Assembly: GCA_001661245.1 (NCBI GenBank)
Contig: KV454012.1
Span: forward strand, 1,411,952-1,470,468
Length of the DNA: 58,517 nt
Direction of reading: 5' to 3'
Source: Pachysolen tannophilus NRRL Y-2460
Lineage: Eukaryota
This document shows positions 56,085 to 58,517 of this stretch, in pieces. Position 1 is the first letter of the stretch. Each line of letters opens with the position of its first letter. Position numbers and translations under genes: made by a program. The notes beneath the pieces are model-generated. The model was given only the letters and a program-made list of their open reading frames with translations, was not told where the DNA came from and did not search any database.

Positions 56085-56760
56085 TCAATTTTTAGCTTCT
56101 GTAAAAATTCTAACCGGATAAGTCTCATCATACATACCATGTTCGTTTTCTGATAAAATTTTCCATTTGAATTTATTCAAGTTTGGAGCAACTACAGGTT
56201 CACCTTGAGGACCCAATATTTCACCATTAATAATCTTATCATTACCAGAAACTTTAACTAAAGTTGTATTTAATAAAGCCTTATCCTTTTCATATAATTC
56301 CAACTCTTTAATTCCTTTATTTCCAATAGATATTCTTGGATTCAGTAAACTTCCAAGAGTTAACAATCCTCCAAGTTTAACTTGATCTATTTTCGAAGTT
56401 TTTGGAAAACTTCTTCTAAAATCTCTATCAAAATAATTATTTTTAGCAATATCTCCAGATGGAATAGTAATCGGATCTTTATAATTGGCTTTAATTTCAG
56501 TATCGGTAGGTGATGGAACACGGAAATACTTCACCAATGGATTACCTGATGACCTATTTGGTACTAAAGTAAGAATTTGTCTTATCTTTTCCCAAATTCC
56601 AACAGAACCAGTGGTGTATTTCTATAATGGCAAAAAAAAAAATAATAATAATTATCATTCTTTTAGTAAAAATCCATATAAATTTGTACATCTCTTTATC
56701 TTGAATAAAAAAAATTAAAAATTTACTTACTTTAAAAACAGCAACAGGACCTCCAGACAT
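56085..56760 (-). CDS. Mitochondrial complex I accessory subunit (21.3 kDa / NUZM / NDUFA7-like), two exons: 56760-56731 and 56621-56085
   Basis: Spliced sequence MSGGPVAVFK|KYTTGSVGIWEKIRQILTLVPNRSSGNPLVKYFRVPSP...TIPSGDIA.N.YFDRD.RR.FP...YPVRIF matches the family. Confidence 0.88.
56622..56730 (-). other. Spliceosomal intron (109 nt) in the complex I subunit gene
   Basis: GTAAGT at 56730, variant branch point TACTAAA at 56668-56662, TAG ending 56622; phase 0 restores the conserved KKYT. Confidence 0.88.
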
Positions 56761-56808
56761 GATAGAACTAATCCGATTCCAATAGATTCAAAAAGAATAG
56801 AAACTTTA

Positions 56809-56846
<38 letters not shown>

Positions 56847-57039
56847 AGAAAGAAATTAATTAATATTGTATTGCGGAATTAATTGTAATTTGTTTTTTCG
56901 GTTTTCATATTAAATTTACCCTTTTGGATTCCTGGTATTTTTTACTTTAGTAATTAATATAAATATATATATATATAATATATAAATATATATTTTTTAA
57001 TCAATTAGAAACGGATAGGTTTATAGAGACGTTGGTAAA

Positions 57040-57111
57040 ATGCCATGGATTCTTAGTAGGTTACTATTAGGTGGGAATAGTACTGAAGCCGATACCCAAG
57101 TAAGTCTTGAG

Positions 57112-57143
<32 letters not shown>

Positions 57144-57780
57144 AGAAGTTCAACAAGGTCAAACAGAACATGTAGATATAGATTTACAGCAACAAGAAGA
57201 TAGAGTACTTGCACAATTAATATTACGTTTTTTGCAAACTGGACATGATCAATTAGAACAAGAGCAAAGGCGGCAAATCACAAGCAACAATACTAGTGAA
57301 GAAGATGCTTTAAATGCAGAAATAGATAGAGTCTTTAGAGTTCATAATAATGCTCATAGATATGGTTCATTTTTTTTACATTTGATCTTTTCAGCATGTC
57401 TGATTTTATTATTAGGATCTTTTTTAAAAATCACATTTTCATTTCTGACTTTCAGCGCTGATATAACAAAAGATTTAGATGATTTTACTTTTATTTTTGA
57501 TAATAATGGTACAGAAAAATTGGATGGTTCTAGGTTAATTGTTAAATTTAATAAAATAGTAGAAGAAGAATTGAATAGGTATTCTTTCCATGATTTTAAA
57601 GATTCAAGTAAATACTTGACTTTATTATTATTCTATATATATACAGGTATCACCTCTTTTATACTGCTTATTTTCTTCACAGTGGGGACAACTTGTTTAA
57701 CCTTAATCTTGGGTAAAAGATGGTATTGTCTAGATAAGTTCTTACTAACAGTCACTTCAGAATCGAACGGGATTTTTTAG
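57040..57780 (+). CDS. Membrane protein, possibly Gld1/Ypr109w-like (Dsc E3 ligase complex)
   Basis: Acidic N-terminus and hydrophobic segments. Recalled similarity to Ypr109w at LK..FS..TFS, L..KF..I, CL.....RW/RY and terminal G(I/V)F. Confidence 0.55.
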
Positions 57781-57858
57781 CACGAAAAAAAATGAAAAAA
57801 AAAAATTTTTTTTTTTTTTTTTCCTGACAAAAATATATCGAATACATCAGATAAATAG

Positions 57859-57890
<32 letters not shown>

Positions 57891-58061
57891 GCAGAAAGGA
57901 AAGTGATAGGGAACTTATATTGTTGGTTATTTGTATTTGAAATGAATGATGAGTGTTAGCGCATGATTAGGTAGTGTTATGCGGTTTGTTTTTTTCTTTA
58001 CGAATTTTCAATTTTTATAAAATTTCTATTTTTTTTTTTTTTTTTTTTCATTTTTATTGAA

Positions 58062-58457
58062 ATGTCTCATCATCATATACTGGCACTGATACCTTCATCT
58101 GTGAATTTTTATGGTGACTCAAGATTAGGATCCAAGTATCAATCGATCATAAGTTTGTTCAAGTATTCGATTTTATTTGTTTTAGGGTGTATAATCTTGT
58201 CAAGGTTAGATAGATCTGGTGACGGATTAAGATCCTTTGTACAATTTTTATGGAAATATTTAAATTCCTCGAATCCCTTGATGGATTATTTAATAATGCA
58301 AAATGATAGATTTGTTGGGAATAGTCACAATCATAATCAAAATCAATTATTTGGAGAGTTAATATTTGATCCTGGTGATAGGTTTCAAACTTTCAATAGT
58401 ATGGCTCTATGTTTAATAACTTTTTTCGGTTTAGGGTTCGTTGGGTTGCTAAGTTGA
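58062..58457 (+). CDS. Small hypothetical membrane protein with two hydrophobic segments
   Basis: 131-aa ATG ORF in good context (GAAATGTCT), more GC-rich than its flanks; no family recognised. Confidence 0.55.
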   Translation: MSHHHILALIPSSVNFYGDSRLGSKYQSIISLFKYSILFVLGCIILSRLDRSGDGLRSFVQFLWKYLNSSNPLMDYLIMQNDRFVGNSHNHNQNQLFGELIFDPGDRFQTFNSMALCLITFFGLGFVGLLS

Positions 58458-58517
58458 TAAGGTTTAAAAGGTAATTAAAAGATTTTTTTTTTTTTTTTTT
58501 TTATTTTTTATTTATTA

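Overview
AT-rich budding-yeast (Saccharomycotina) chromosomal DNA with about 23 protein-coding genes, four coding introns, one probable 5'-UTR intron and three N-gaps. I found no tRNA, rRNA, transposon or CRISPR. The ORF track uses bacterial start codons and ignores introns, so several starts and gene models are corrected here. In-frame CTG codons fall on conserved Ala or small-residue positions (Fcy2 W-A-G-C, Sym1 N-W-A-V-W-P). This points to the CUG-Ala genetic code of the Pachysolen clade. Gene order: FCY2-like, SYT1, RDS3, ASR1, TPO1-like MFS, DAC1, GlcNAc kinase, LEC1/YPR097W, SAW1, PIL1, SYM1, RTS1, MNN4-like, MOSC/mARC-like, HSP104, MDR1/GYP2, SEG1, a Q-rich putative regulator, IGO1, an orphan tail-anchored protein, NSG, PGA1, a complex I subunit, GLD1-like, and a small membrane ORF. 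Main leads: (1) the tail-anchored orphan looks like a BNIP3/NIX-type autophagy receptor; (2) the GlcNAc gene pair lacks a linked NAG1; (3) the Q-rich regulator has a long leader with an intron and uORF; (4) many promoters carry short degenerate tandem repeats that multimerise TF-like sites. All homology calls are from memory of family motifs, not database searches.
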